NCBI GenBank assembly: GCA_045596625.1 | Contig: JAZOCU010000054.1 | Coordinates: forward strand, 29,282-93,281 | DNA from: Oscillospiraceae bacterium | GTDB taxonomy: Bacteria; Bacillota; Clostridia; Oscillospirales; Ruminococcaceae | DNA: 64,000 nucleotides | Direction: 5' to 3' | Shown here: positions 9,231-16,725 of the stretch, piece by piece | Numbering within the stretch: the stretch's first letter is position 1 | How the letters are laid out: every line of letters starts with the position of its first letter | The notes under the pieces: generated by a model | Databases searched by the model: none | What the model was told of the DNA's origin: nothing | The model's input: the letters and a program-made list of their open reading frames with translations, nothing else | Made by a program: the position numbers and the translations under genes

Positions 9231-9590
9231 TTATCTCGGATCTGCCCGTTCGTTCATTGTATCGGAAAGATAATACTGCAAATAACGCCGCAGCCGGATG
9301 CGAGCACGTTTCAATGTGCGGGAAACAGTACATTCCGCTACCGAATACCGCTCTGCGATTTCTTTCATGGTCATGCCTTCAAAGCAATACAACGCAAAAT
9401 ACTGCTGCTGACAAGGCGTCAGCTCCTGCTTCCAAACCGCCCTAGCAGCGCGCAGCAGGGCCGTTCGCTGCTGCTGAACAGGGATTTCATCAAGGCCAAA
9501 AGCAGCTGCCGTATCTTTCGCACACTGCGCCACCCATCCTGTATCATACTGCAGCACCTCCTGAGAAACACGTGTGCGTTTCTCAGTCAT
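9231..9590 (-). CDS. sigma-70 region-4-type helix-turn-helix protein (no region 2)
   Basis: 119 aa. LTPCQQQYFALYCFEGMTMKEIAERYSVAECTVSRTLKRARIRLRRYL matches the sigma70_r4 / YlxM-like HTH pattern. Start codon overlaps the upstream stop (ATGA at 9587-9590). Confidence 0.6.
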   Translation of the reverse strand: MTEKRTRVSQEVLQYDTGWVAQCAKDTAAAFGLDEIPVQQQRTALLRAARAVWKQELTPCQQQYFALYCFEGMTMKEIAERYSVAECTVSRTLKRARIRLRRYLQYYLSDTMNERADPR

Positions 9591-9871
9591 ATCAATGTAC
9601 CTCGCTCATCATTGGCATAAACTGCAATGCTGCGCATTGCTTCGGCAAGCTCACTATGTTCCGCGGTAAGCAGTGCGATGCGCCGTTCCAAGCGATACTG
9701 CGTGTATATCGACTGCCGATCGCCGGTTTTCTGCTGCACACAGCGTTTCAGCTCACTGCGCAGCGCACGCCGCCGTGCATCCACTGCGCTCATAGCAGCG
9801 CTGTATGTCTGATACATCCGGGTATATGTTCCGCCGCTATTTTCATATTGATTTCCACGTTTTTGCAACAT
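9587..9871 (-). CDS. hypothetical coiled-coil protein, first gene of the SOS-box operon
   Basis: 94 aa, Arg/Glu/Leu-rich heptad-like segment (RRRALRSELKR...RLERRIALLTAEHSELAEAM). GGAGG RBS 7 nt before ATG 9871. Confidence 0.5.
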   Translation of the reverse strand: MLQKRGNQYENSGGTYTRMYQTYSAAMSAVDARRRALRSELKRCVQQKTGDRQSIYTQYRLERRIALLTAEHSELAEAMRSIAVYANDERGTLI

Positions 9872-9904
9872 CGCTTCCTCCTTTTACGACATCCGCCCTT
9901 ATAA

Positions 9905-9920
9905 TAGAACATATGTTCTA
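9905..9920. promoter_or_regulatory. LexA (SOS / Cheo) box
   Basis: Perfect 16-bp palindrome TAGAACATATGTTCTA containing GAAC-N4-GTTC, the Firmicutes LexA consensus CGAACATATGTTCG. It sits 5 nt downstream of the -10 box. Confidence 0.75.
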
Positions 9921-9925
9921 TTTTA

Positions 9926-9954
9926 ATTGTAACAGCAAATATCGTCTTTGTCAA
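9926..9954 (-). promoter_or_regulatory. consensus sigma-A promoter of the two-gene SOS module
   Basis: Minus strand reads TTGACA, 17 nt, TACAAT. Confidence 0.7.
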
Positions 9955-9989
9955 GGATAACAGCAAAGGATGTACAAAAAAGTGAACAT

Positions 9990-10030
9990 CAAAATAGAAA
10001 AGCGCCCCTTTCCCGTAGGAAAGAGGCGCT
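9990..10030 (-). terminator. rho-independent terminator of the xylanase gene
   Basis: Minus strand: AGCGCCTCTTTCC TACG GGAAAGGGGCGCT followed by TTTTCTATTTT. Confidence 0.75.
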
Positions 10031-10067
10031 GTTCAAACACTATTCTTTGTACAAAGCGAAAGTCAGA

Positions 10068-12671
10068 TCAACCAAGCTTTGCAAGCAGACCGGCCAGATA
10101 CATGAGAATTGCACTGGTATCATTTGCGTTGACGCCGGAAGCGCCATCGCAATCGCCGTTGACAATACCCTGCTGGGTAACGTTTACAGTCGTATCCTCA
10201 GCAACATAGCGGCTGAGCAGAACAGCATCGTCAATTTTCACGATACCATCGCAGTTCACATCGCCGTATTTGCTCGGATCGGGTGTTTTAGAAGTCGTGG
10301 TGGTAGTAGTTGTTGTGGTGGTAGTTGTGGTAGTCGTAGTGGTTGTAGTGGTAGTTGTAGTAGTTGTGGGAGGCTGAATGTTTTGTGCCACTTCAAGAAC
10401 AGCATAGTAAGCGGGCTTCGGCTGATATCCGGAGCTGAACAGAAGCGGATTCTGCTCACGACGCCAGCTGATGCTGTCGTTGGTGCCCCAAAGCGTCAGG
10501 CTGCTGATAGAATCTGCATTATCAACTGCCAGCTGGAAGATCTCCTTGTAAAGCTGAGCCTGTGTCTCGAAATCGGAACAGGTAATATCCAGCTCGGTGA
10601 TCTGAACATCCAGACCGGTGCTGATGAACTTCTCAAGAGCAGTCTTATAAACAGAAGCGCTGGGGTAGTTGGTTGCTAAGTGAGACTGCATACCGATACC
10701 ATCGATGATGCCCTCGGCCTTCAGTGCCATGGCAAGCTCATAGATATCGTTGGTCTTGTTCGGAACATACTCGTTATAGTCGTTGATATAAAGCTTGCAG
10801 CCTGCGGGAGCATACTTTCTTGCTGCTCTGAATGCAGTAAATACGAACTCGTTGTTGTTCTCACCGTAAATCTTTGCCCATGTTGAAGCAGCCGAATCGC
10901 TGGTTGCATATTCTTTACGCATTCCGCCGCCATCGTTAAGGAACAGCTCATTACATACGTCATATGCATAGACATTCAGATTCGGATACTGAGATTTCAA
11001 AGCTTCAAACGTGTTCTTGATAAAGCTTTCGATACGCTGATCCATAACCTGCTTGCTTACGTAAGCGCCGTTGTCAGAGAAGTTTTCACGGAAGAACCAG
11101 TCAGGCGTCTGGCTGTGCCAGATGAAGGTATGACCGCGGACAGCGATACCATTCTGCTCACAGAAGCTCAGTGTCTGTGCAGCTCTGCTGAGATTTACCT
11201 GTGCATTCACGTTGTTGCCTCTTTGCTGAGAAGCAGACTTATCGAGAATGGCATCGGGCTTCAGTTCGTTTTCGGGTGTAATGCTGTTAAAGTGCTTCTT
11301 GATGAAATCACCGCCGGAGCCCAACTCGCCCGGGCTGACAGAGGTGCCCAGTTTGAAGCAGGAAGCAAAGGCTTCCTTCAAATATTCACTGCTGGGATTG
11401 CCGGGGGTCACAATAGGATCATCGTTATTACCGGGAGCGGTTGTGGACGAGCCTTTAGCAGTCAGCTGCACATCATCCAGATAGAAGGAGACGATATCCG
11501 ACGCAGAGGGTGTCTCGGTATAGGTAGTCTGAATATACAGCGAGATCGAAGTTGCACCGCTGGGAACCGTAAAGGATGTTGCCAGCTCTGCCCACTTGCC
11601 GCTGGATGATGTAGCACTTACCAGATCATCATACGCCGTTGAACCGTTAAGATCATATTGCAGACCAAGTGTGTAGCCCTGCGATGCGTACGTATCATTC
11701 TTGTAGCCGACAAAAGCAGAAATATCATAGCTCTGACCGGCAACCAGATCGGTACCCGAAGGTACTGTCAGACCATGCCAAGCCTGTGTTCTGTCTGTGA
11801 CATACAATGATTGACTGCCGCCATGCGTAAACTCCTTGGTAAAGCCATAGCTTACATCGCCGCGGCCTGCCCAGCTTGTTCCGCTGCCCTCGAAATTATC
11901 GGTAACACCCTTGCCGCTGCCGCTGGGGGGTGTAAAGCTTACTTGCGGTTCCGGATCCGGAGTGGGCGTTGTGCTGCCCTGACCCAGTGTAATATTGTTC
12001 TTGGTAACAGTACAGGATCCGCTGGACTGATATCCTTCCGTTACAAGCGAAACCTCATAAAGTCCGCCCATATCCAAGCCCATCTTTTCCCATTCTGCAA
12101 AGTGCTTGGCAATATCAATGGTACCGCTGGTACGCTTCTGACCATCCTTACGCACACTGAAATACTGCGGGAATGTCTTGGTGCCTTCGATAGAAGGCTG
12201 CTGGACACGTGTGGTCTGATAAACATCATACTGATCGCCGTCTACGGTAATGGTTCCCTTATAGCCGGTGCCCCCTGGCGGTCTCCAGGTACCCCAGCTC
12301 TCAACGATGTAGTACTCAACGAGCGGAGACTTGGTCCAGCCGTAAACGGAAAGATAGGAGTTGCCGTTCGGATTGTAGTTTGCACTGTAATCCATCGTGA
12401 TACCGCCGAGGGTATCCCACTGAGGCGAGTTGTTCACCCACTTCTTGCCGGTACGGAACAATACGTTCTCAATACCACTCCAGCTGCAGCTGTAGGTACC
12501 ATTACCGAGAAGCTGCATCTGTGCGGAACCCTGATCATGCTGATTCCAGAGTTCCCAGTCATAACCGTCCTGCGTACCTTGATCGCAGCGGTCTGCCGCA
12601 CTGACGCTGAAAGCCATCGAGCTCATACCGACGACCATGGCGCAAACGGCACTGATCAAACGTTTACTCAT
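10068..12671 (-). CDS. cellulosomal bifunctional xylanase (GH11 - CBM22-like - GH10 - Thr linker - dockerin)
   Basis: Signal peptide MSKRLISAVCAMVVGMSSMAFSVSA. GH11 motifs YLSVYGWTKSPLVEYYIVESWG and TFPQYFSVR. A CBM22/CBM4-9-like module begins NFEGSGTSWAGRG. GH10 motifs RGHTFIWHSQTP, DVCNELF and ITELDI. About 25 Thr follow, then a dockerin (DVNCDGIVKIDDA, NGDCDGASGVNANDT). Start at ATG 12671 with a GGAGG RBS. Confidence 0.9.
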   Translation of the reverse strand: MSKRLISAVCAMVVGMSSMAFSVSAADRCDQGTQDGYDWELWNQHDQGSAQMQLLGNGTYSCSWSGIENVLFRTGKKWVNNSPQWDTLGGITMDYSANYNPNGNSYLSVYGWTKSPLVEYYIVESWGTWRPPGGTGYKGTITVDGDQYDVYQTTRVQQPSIEGTKTFPQYFSVRKDGQKRTSGTIDIAKHFAEWEKMGLDMGGLYEVSLVTEGYQSSGSCTVTKNNITLGQGSTTPTPDPEPQVSFTPPSGSGKGVTDNFEGSGTSWAGRGDVSYGFTKEFTHGGSQSLYVTDRTQAWHGLTVPSGTDLVAGQSYDISAFVGYKNDTYASQGYTLGLQYDLNGSTAYDDLVSATSSSGKWAELATSFTVPSGATSISLYIQTTYTETPSASDIVSFYLDDVQLTAKGSSTTAPGNNDDPIVTPGNPSSEYLKEAFASCFKLGTSVSPGELGSGGDFIKKHFNSITPENELKPDAILDKSASQQRGNNVNAQVNLSRAAQTLSFCEQNGIAVRGHTFIWHSQTPDWFFRENFSDNGAYVSKQVMDQRIESFIKNTFEALKSQYPNLNVYAYDVCNELFLNDGGGMRKEYATSDSAASTWAKIYGENNNEFVFTAFRAARKYAPAGCKLYINDYNEYVPNKTNDIYELAMALKAEGIIDGIGMQSHLATNYPSASVYKTALEKFISTGLDVQITELDITCSDFETQAQLYKEIFQLAVDNADSISSLTLWGTNDSISWRREQNPLLFSSGYQPKPAYYAVLEVAQNIQPPTTTTTTTTTTTTTTTTTTTTTTTTTSKTPDPSKYGDVNCDGIVKIDDAVLLSRYVAEDTTVNVTQQGIVNGDCDGASGVNANDTSAILMYLAGLLAKLG
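10293..10367 (-). repeat. coding homopolymeric Thr linker (ACN codon run)
   Basis: About 25 successive Thr codons between the GH10 module and the dockerin. Confidence 0.9.
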
Positions 12672-12757
12672 GATAAAAACCTCCATTTGTAATTCTCTTT
12701 TTCTCTTTTTCTTCATGCGAATATAGTTTCCCCTAAAGCAAAACAAATGGCTAATTT

Positions 12758-12786
12758 AGATTATCACGTCAAATGAATTTTGTCAA
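12758..12786 (-). promoter_or_regulatory. candidate promoter of the xylanase gene
   Basis: Minus strand reads TTGACA, 17 nt, TAATCT, about 85 nt upstream of ATG 12671. Confidence 0.35.
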
Positions 12787-13009
12787 GTATGCCGAAATGT
12801 AAATTAAGAGCTTATTGCCCATTTTTACCTGCTATTTCATCGTATCTACGTCTCAGAGGCAAAAATTATGAATTATTTTGCCTACTTTTCAGCATAAAAG
12901 TGCAACAAATGACCAATTCAAAATTCTTAGCGATTCGGTAATCTTCTACAACAGCATCACAAGAATTTTTGTGCATATTGCCAAAAATTCAAAACAGAAG
13001 AAAATCCGC

Positions 13010-13038
13010 TTGACTTTTCCGCATAAATTTGCTATAAT
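13010..13038 (+). promoter_or_regulatory. consensus promoter of the tRNA-Leu/tRNA-Ser unit
   Basis: TTGACT, 17 nt, TATAAT, ending 15 nt before the tRNA-Leu 5' end. Confidence 0.7.
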
Positions 13039-13053
13039 ATCGAAGTACTAAAT

Positions 13054-13136
13054 GCGAGTGTGCTGGAATTGGCAGACAGGCACGTTTGAGGGGCGTGTGC
13101 TTCGGCGTACGGGTTCAAGTCCCGTCACTCGCACCA
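13054..13136 (+). tRNA. tRNA-Leu (anticodon GAG)
   Basis: Hand-folded cloverleaf: acceptor GCGAGTG/CACTCGC, anticodon loop TTGAGGG, long variable arm, T-loop GGTTCAAGTCC, encoded CCA. Confidence 0.85.
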
Positions 13137-13156
13137 TTCACAATATCATAACAGAT

Positions 13157-13245
13157 GGAAAGATGGCTGAGCTGGTCTAAGGCGCACGACTGGAAATCGT
13201 GTAGGCGTTAATAGCGTCTCGAGGGTTCGAATCCCTCTCTTTCCG
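13157..13245 (+). tRNA. tRNA-Ser (anticodon GGA)
   Basis: Acceptor GGAAAGA/TCTTTCC, anticodon loop CTGGAAA, long variable arm, T-loop GGTTCGAATCC. CCA is not encoded. Confidence 0.85.
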
Positions 13246-13250
13246 CTCCA

Positions 13251-13281
13251 AAAAAACCGACACAGGAATGTGTCGGTTTTT
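13251..13281. terminator. bidirectional terminator (tRNA unit on + strand, glycosylase gene on - strand)
   Basis: A6 CCGACACA GGAA TGTGTCGG T5. Confidence 0.8.
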
Positions 13282-13764
13282 CTATTTCCCATATCGGATC
13301 TGCCGCCACGCCTCCGTCAAACGCGCCACAGACCATGCCGCATTGGCAGGAGACGTTGATGGCAGGCAGACCGCTTCTCGTCCGATCGTCTGCCGGAGAT
13401 ATCGATTATAATATTTCAGTGCCGTTTTGCCGTTGACATAGATCCGTTCGATCGCGGCGCATTCCAAGATTCGGCTCAGATCATTGGGGATCACATCCCG
13501 AATGGTGCTGTCAGCACTGCCTTCGATCTCACAGACAGCAATCACATCCCACAATGCGATTCCGTTGGAGAGCAGAAACCGACGTTTTTCCTCAACCGTC
13601 TTAGGTGTTTCACACTCGAACACCCCTGCACATACCTTCCAGAACCGATTTTGCGGGTGTCCATAGAAAAACTGCATTTCACGGGATCTGACTGACGGAA
13701 AGCTCCCTAAGATCAAAATCCGCGACTGCGCATTATAAATCGGCGCAATAGGATGCTGCACCAT
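13282..13764 (-). CDS. DNA-deoxyinosine / uracil-DNA glycosylase superfamily protein
   Basis: 160 aa. RILILGSFPSVRS and GHPQNRFW match the UDG-superfamily (hypoxanthine-DNA glycosylase type) N-terminal motif. Confidence 0.7.
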   Translation of the reverse strand: MVQHPIAPIYNAQSRILILGSFPSVRSREMQFFYGHPQNRFWKVCAGVFECETPKTVEEKRRFLLSNGIALWDVIAVCEIEGSADSTIRDVIPNDLSRILECAAIERIYVNGKTALKYYNRYLRQTIGREAVCLPSTSPANAAWSVARLTEAWRQIRYGK

Positions 13765-13877
13765 ATGTCATCCTCCTTCTGCAGATCCTCTTAAAGCTTG
13801 ATTCTGCATTTGGTTTTGCTGCTGTACTTTCGTCTTGATGTCCCATTATGCCTTTGACGTCATCGCTGCAACAATGT

Positions 13878-13911
13878 AAAAAGCCCCTTTCCATCTCGGA
13901 AGGGGCTTTTT
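13878..13911 (-). terminator. terminator of tRNA-Val
   Basis: Minus strand: AAAAAGCCCCTT CCGAGATGG AAGGGGCTTTTT. Confidence 0.75.
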
Positions 13912-13917
13912 ACAGAG

Positions 13918-13991
<74 letters not shown>

Positions 13992-14002
13992 ATGACTTGT
14001 TT

Positions 14003-14031
14003 ATTATAGCATACTTCAAGACATTTGTCAA
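14003..14031 (-). promoter_or_regulatory. consensus promoter of tRNA-Val
   Basis: Minus strand reads TTGACA, 17 nt, TATAAT. Confidence 0.7.
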
Positions 14032-14079
14032 GCGTTTTGCTTGATATTTCATGATGCCGGAGAAAAACATCGGATCCGC

Positions 14080-14108
14080 TTGCAATTTTCTTTATGATAT
14101 GCTATACT
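14080..14108 (+). promoter_or_regulatory. promoter of the amino-acid ABC substrate-binding protein gene
   Basis: TTGCAA, 17 nt, TATACT. Confidence 0.6.
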
Positions 14109-14185
14109 ATATGCGTTATTTCATTGTAGGCACCCGCTTGCAAAATGACAGAAGTTTTTAAAATCAGAAAGTGAGGAAGTTCTCT

Positions 14186-15022
14186 ATGAAAAAATCATTT
14201 GTTTTTAAGCGATTGTTCGCCGGTATTCTGGCAGCAGGTCTGCTCTTTTGCAGTGCAGGCTGCAGCGACAGCAGCAAATCCGACAACAACGCTGCAGGCG
14301 ATCAGTCTTTGCAGAAGGTTCTTGACAGCGGAAAGCTGATCCTGGGTCTGGATGCAACCTTCAAGCCCATGGGCTATACCGATGAAAACGATCAAATCGT
14401 TGGCTTTGACATTGACGTTGCTATGGAAGTCTGCAAGAGAATGGGCGTTGAGCTGGTCAAGCAGCCCATCAACTGGGAAACTAAGGAGGAAGATCTCGAC
14501 GGCGGCAGAATCGACTGCATCTGGAACGGTATGTCCATCAATCCCGAGCGTGCAAATCGTATGAATCTTTCCGAAGCCTATATGAAGAATGAGATGGTAT
14601 TCATCGTACCTGCCAACAGCGAAGCAAAGTCCATGAGTGATCTGGCAAATAAGCGGATCGGTGTACAGAACGGTTCTACCGCACAAACCATTCTGCAAGA
14701 ATGTGAAATCGGCAGCACCATCACCGAATCTGCAATGGCAACCAACATCGAAGCCATGCAGCAAATGGAGCTGGGTCTGATCGATGCCGTATTCCTCGAT
14801 GTGATTGTAGCAGATTATGAAATTACCATGGGCAACAAGGATTACCGTATCCTGCCTGACGGTCTTTCTGAGGAAGAATATGCCATCGGTTTCCGCAAGA
14901 ACGACCAAGCTTTGCGTGATGAAGTACAGAAGATCCTCGTTGAAATGAAGAAAGACGGCAAGCTCGGTGAGATCTCTACTGCATGGTTCGGCAGCGATAT
15001 CACCACCGTATCCGCAAACTAA
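14186..15022 (+). CDS. amino-acid ABC transporter substrate-binding lipoprotein
   Basis: Lipobox LFCSAGC. Family-3 SBP layout (LGLDATFKPMGY, GFDIDVA, DCIWNGMS). ATG 14186 with a GAGGAAG RBS. Confidence 0.85.
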   Translation: MKKSFVFKRLFAGILAAGLLFCSAGCSDSSKSDNNAAGDQSLQKVLDSGKLILGLDATFKPMGYTDENDQIVGFDIDVAMEVCKRMGVELVKQPINWETKEEDLDGGRIDCIWNGMSINPERANRMNLSEAYMKNEMVFIVPANSEAKSMSDLANKRIGVQNGSTAQTILQECEIGSTITESAMATNIEAMQQMELGLIDAVFLDVIVADYEITMGNKDYRILPDGLSEEEYAIGFRKNDQALRDEVQKILVEMKKDGKLGEISTAWFGSDITTVSAN

Positions 15023-15036
15023 CCGACTATCGTATC

Positions 15037-15077
15037 AAGCACTGCTTTCCACATGATTCGGAAGGCAGTGCTTTTTT
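15037..15077 (+). terminator. strong intra-cluster terminator after the SBP gene
   Basis: AAGCACTGCTTTCC ACATGATTC GGAAGGCAGTGCTT followed by TTTTT. Confidence 0.75.
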
Positions 15078-15089
15078 CGTGGTTTTGTA

Positions 15090-15118
15090 TTGCATTTCAT
15101 GTGCTTTTGTGATATAAT
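15090..15118 (+). promoter_or_regulatory. internal promoter for the permease and ATPase genes
   Basis: TTGCAT, 17 nt, TATAAT. Confidence 0.6.
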
Positions 15119-15175
15119 AGGATAAAGTATGCCGATTTTTCGGTGATTTTCTGCCAACAGGGGGGAATACTGTTT

Positions 15176-15880
15176 ATGACATTTGAAGAAATCCAAAAAG
15201 TCATATTGATATTACTGGAGTATCTGGTACCTACACTGAAGGTGTTCGGATTTACCTTGCTGTATGCCATTCCGCTGGGCATGATCGTTGCATTGCTGAA
15301 AATGTGCAGGATCAAACCCATCTCGTGGATCACAAATCTGTACATCCTTGTTATGCGCGGTACGCCGCTGATGCTTCAGATCATTGTTGCATACTATGCA
15401 ATCCCTATGCTGAAGCAAGCGCAGAATCTGCCGGGGTTTCTTTCCGGAATCCTTGCAAAGATCAACATACAGGATGAAAATTTCATGTTCAATGCAGTGC
15501 TGTTCGCCTTTGTATTCAACTACGCCGCCTATTTCGCCGAGATCTTCCGCGGCGGCATTGAATCCATTCCCAAAGGACAATATGAGGCTGCCGCCGCTTT
15601 GAGTATGACAAAGATGCAAACCTTCTTCCGGATTATTCTGCCACAGGTGATCAAGCGGGTCGTACCGGCAAGTTCCAACGAGATCATTACGCTGGTCAAG
15701 GATACTTCTCTCGCCAATGTGGTTGCCTATGCCGAAATCACGATGAAAGCAAAGCAGCAAATGCAAAACTATTCTTCACTGGTACCTCTGTTCATTGCCG
15801 GTGCATTCTATTTCATTCTTGCTACCATTCTCACGCTGCTCTCGTCGTATGTCGAGAAGAAGCTCAACTACTACAAATAA
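15176..15880 (+). CDS. amino-acid ABC transporter permease (His/Glu/Gln/Arg family)
   Basis: Polytopic protein. EAA-like loop AAALSMTKMQTFFRIILPQ and the AAYFAEIFRGGIESIPKGQYEAA motif. Confidence 0.85.
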   Translation: MTFEEIQKVILILLEYLVPTLKVFGFTLLYAIPLGMIVALLKMCRIKPISWITNLYILVMRGTPLMLQIIVAYYAIPMLKQAQNLPGFLSGILAKINIQDENFMFNAVLFAFVFNYAAYFAEIFRGGIESIPKGQYEAAAALSMTKMQTFFRIILPQVIKRVVPASSNEIITLVKDTSLANVVAYAEITMKAKQQMQNYSSLVPLFIAGAFYFILATILTLLSSYVEKKLNYYK

Positions 15881-15892
15881 GGAGGAGCAAAT

Positions 15893-16648
15893 ATGGCTAT
15901 GCTGGAAGTATCGCACCTCCGCAAGAGCTTTGGCTCTCTTGATGTGCTCAAGGATATTTCGTTTTCTGTCAACAAAGGTGATGTCGTCGCTGTCATCGGC
16001 CCCAGCGGATCAGGTAAATCCACATTGCTGCGCTGCATCAATCAGCTGGAAAAGGCAACCGATGGTCAGATCTGTGTTTGCGGCAAGCAGATGCTCGTAA
16101 AAACAGAAAAAGGGACGATCGCCTACGCCGATGCAAAAACGCTCCGTGAGATCCGTCTGAAAATCGGACTGGTGTTTCAAAACTTCAATTTGTTTCCGCA
16201 TTTCACAGTGCTGCGTAATATTACCGAGGCACCGATATGTGTCTTGAAGCAGGATAAGGCCACTGCAGAAAAAACTGCGATGGCGCTGTTGGAAAAAATG
16301 GGCCTGACCGCAAAAGCCAATGCGTATCCCTGTGAGCTTTCGGGCGGTCAGCAGCAGCGTGTTTCCATTGCCAGAGCGATGGCGCTTCATCCCGAGATCC
16401 TGTTCTTTGATGAGCCGACCAGTGCGCTTGATCCCGAATTGACCGGCGAGATCCTCAAGGTCATCAAGGAGCTTGCACAAGACGGTATGACGATGGTGAT
16501 CGTCACACATGAGATGGCGTTTGCCCGTGATGTGGCAGATCGTGTCATCTTTATGGAAAACGGCGTGATCGTGGAGGACGGTACCCCCGATCTTGTCTTT
16601 GGCGAAAATGCAAACGAACGCACCAAGCAGTTCCTGCAGCGTTACTAA
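15893..16648 (+). CDS. amino-acid ABC transporter ATP-binding protein
   Basis: Walker A GPSGSGKST, signature LSGGQQQRV, Walker B ILFFDEPTSALD. GlnQ-like size of 251 aa. Confidence 0.9.
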   Translation: MAMLEVSHLRKSFGSLDVLKDISFSVNKGDVVAVIGPSGSGKSTLLRCINQLEKATDGQICVCGKQMLVKTEKGTIAYADAKTLREIRLKIGLVFQNFNLFPHFTVLRNITEAPICVLKQDKATAEKTAMALLEKMGLTAKANAYPCELSGGQQQRVSIARAMALHPEILFFDEPTSALDPELTGEILKVIKELAQDGMTMVIVTHEMAFARDVADRVIFMENGVIVEDGTPDLVFGENANERTKQFLQRY

Positions 16649-16678
16649 AATACCGCGCATCTTTACATCACAAACAGC

Positions 16679-16721
16679 AAGGCATCGTTCTCTGTCCGGG
16701 AGCGATGCCTTTTCGTTTTTT
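16679..16721 (+). terminator. terminator of the ABC importer operon
   Basis: AAGGCATCG, 15-nt loop, CGATGCCTT, then TTCGTTTTTT. Confidence 0.7.
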
Positions 16722-16725
16722 CTGT

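Noticed and set aside
12857-12897. Hairpin AGGCAAAA-N11-TTTTGCCT and a 9-codon ORF (MNYFAYFSA) between the xylanase and tRNA promoters
   Set aside because: The stem is short and AT-rich, with no convincing T-run in the orientation of any nearby transcript. The mini-ORF has no downstream gene to regulate, since tRNAs follow.
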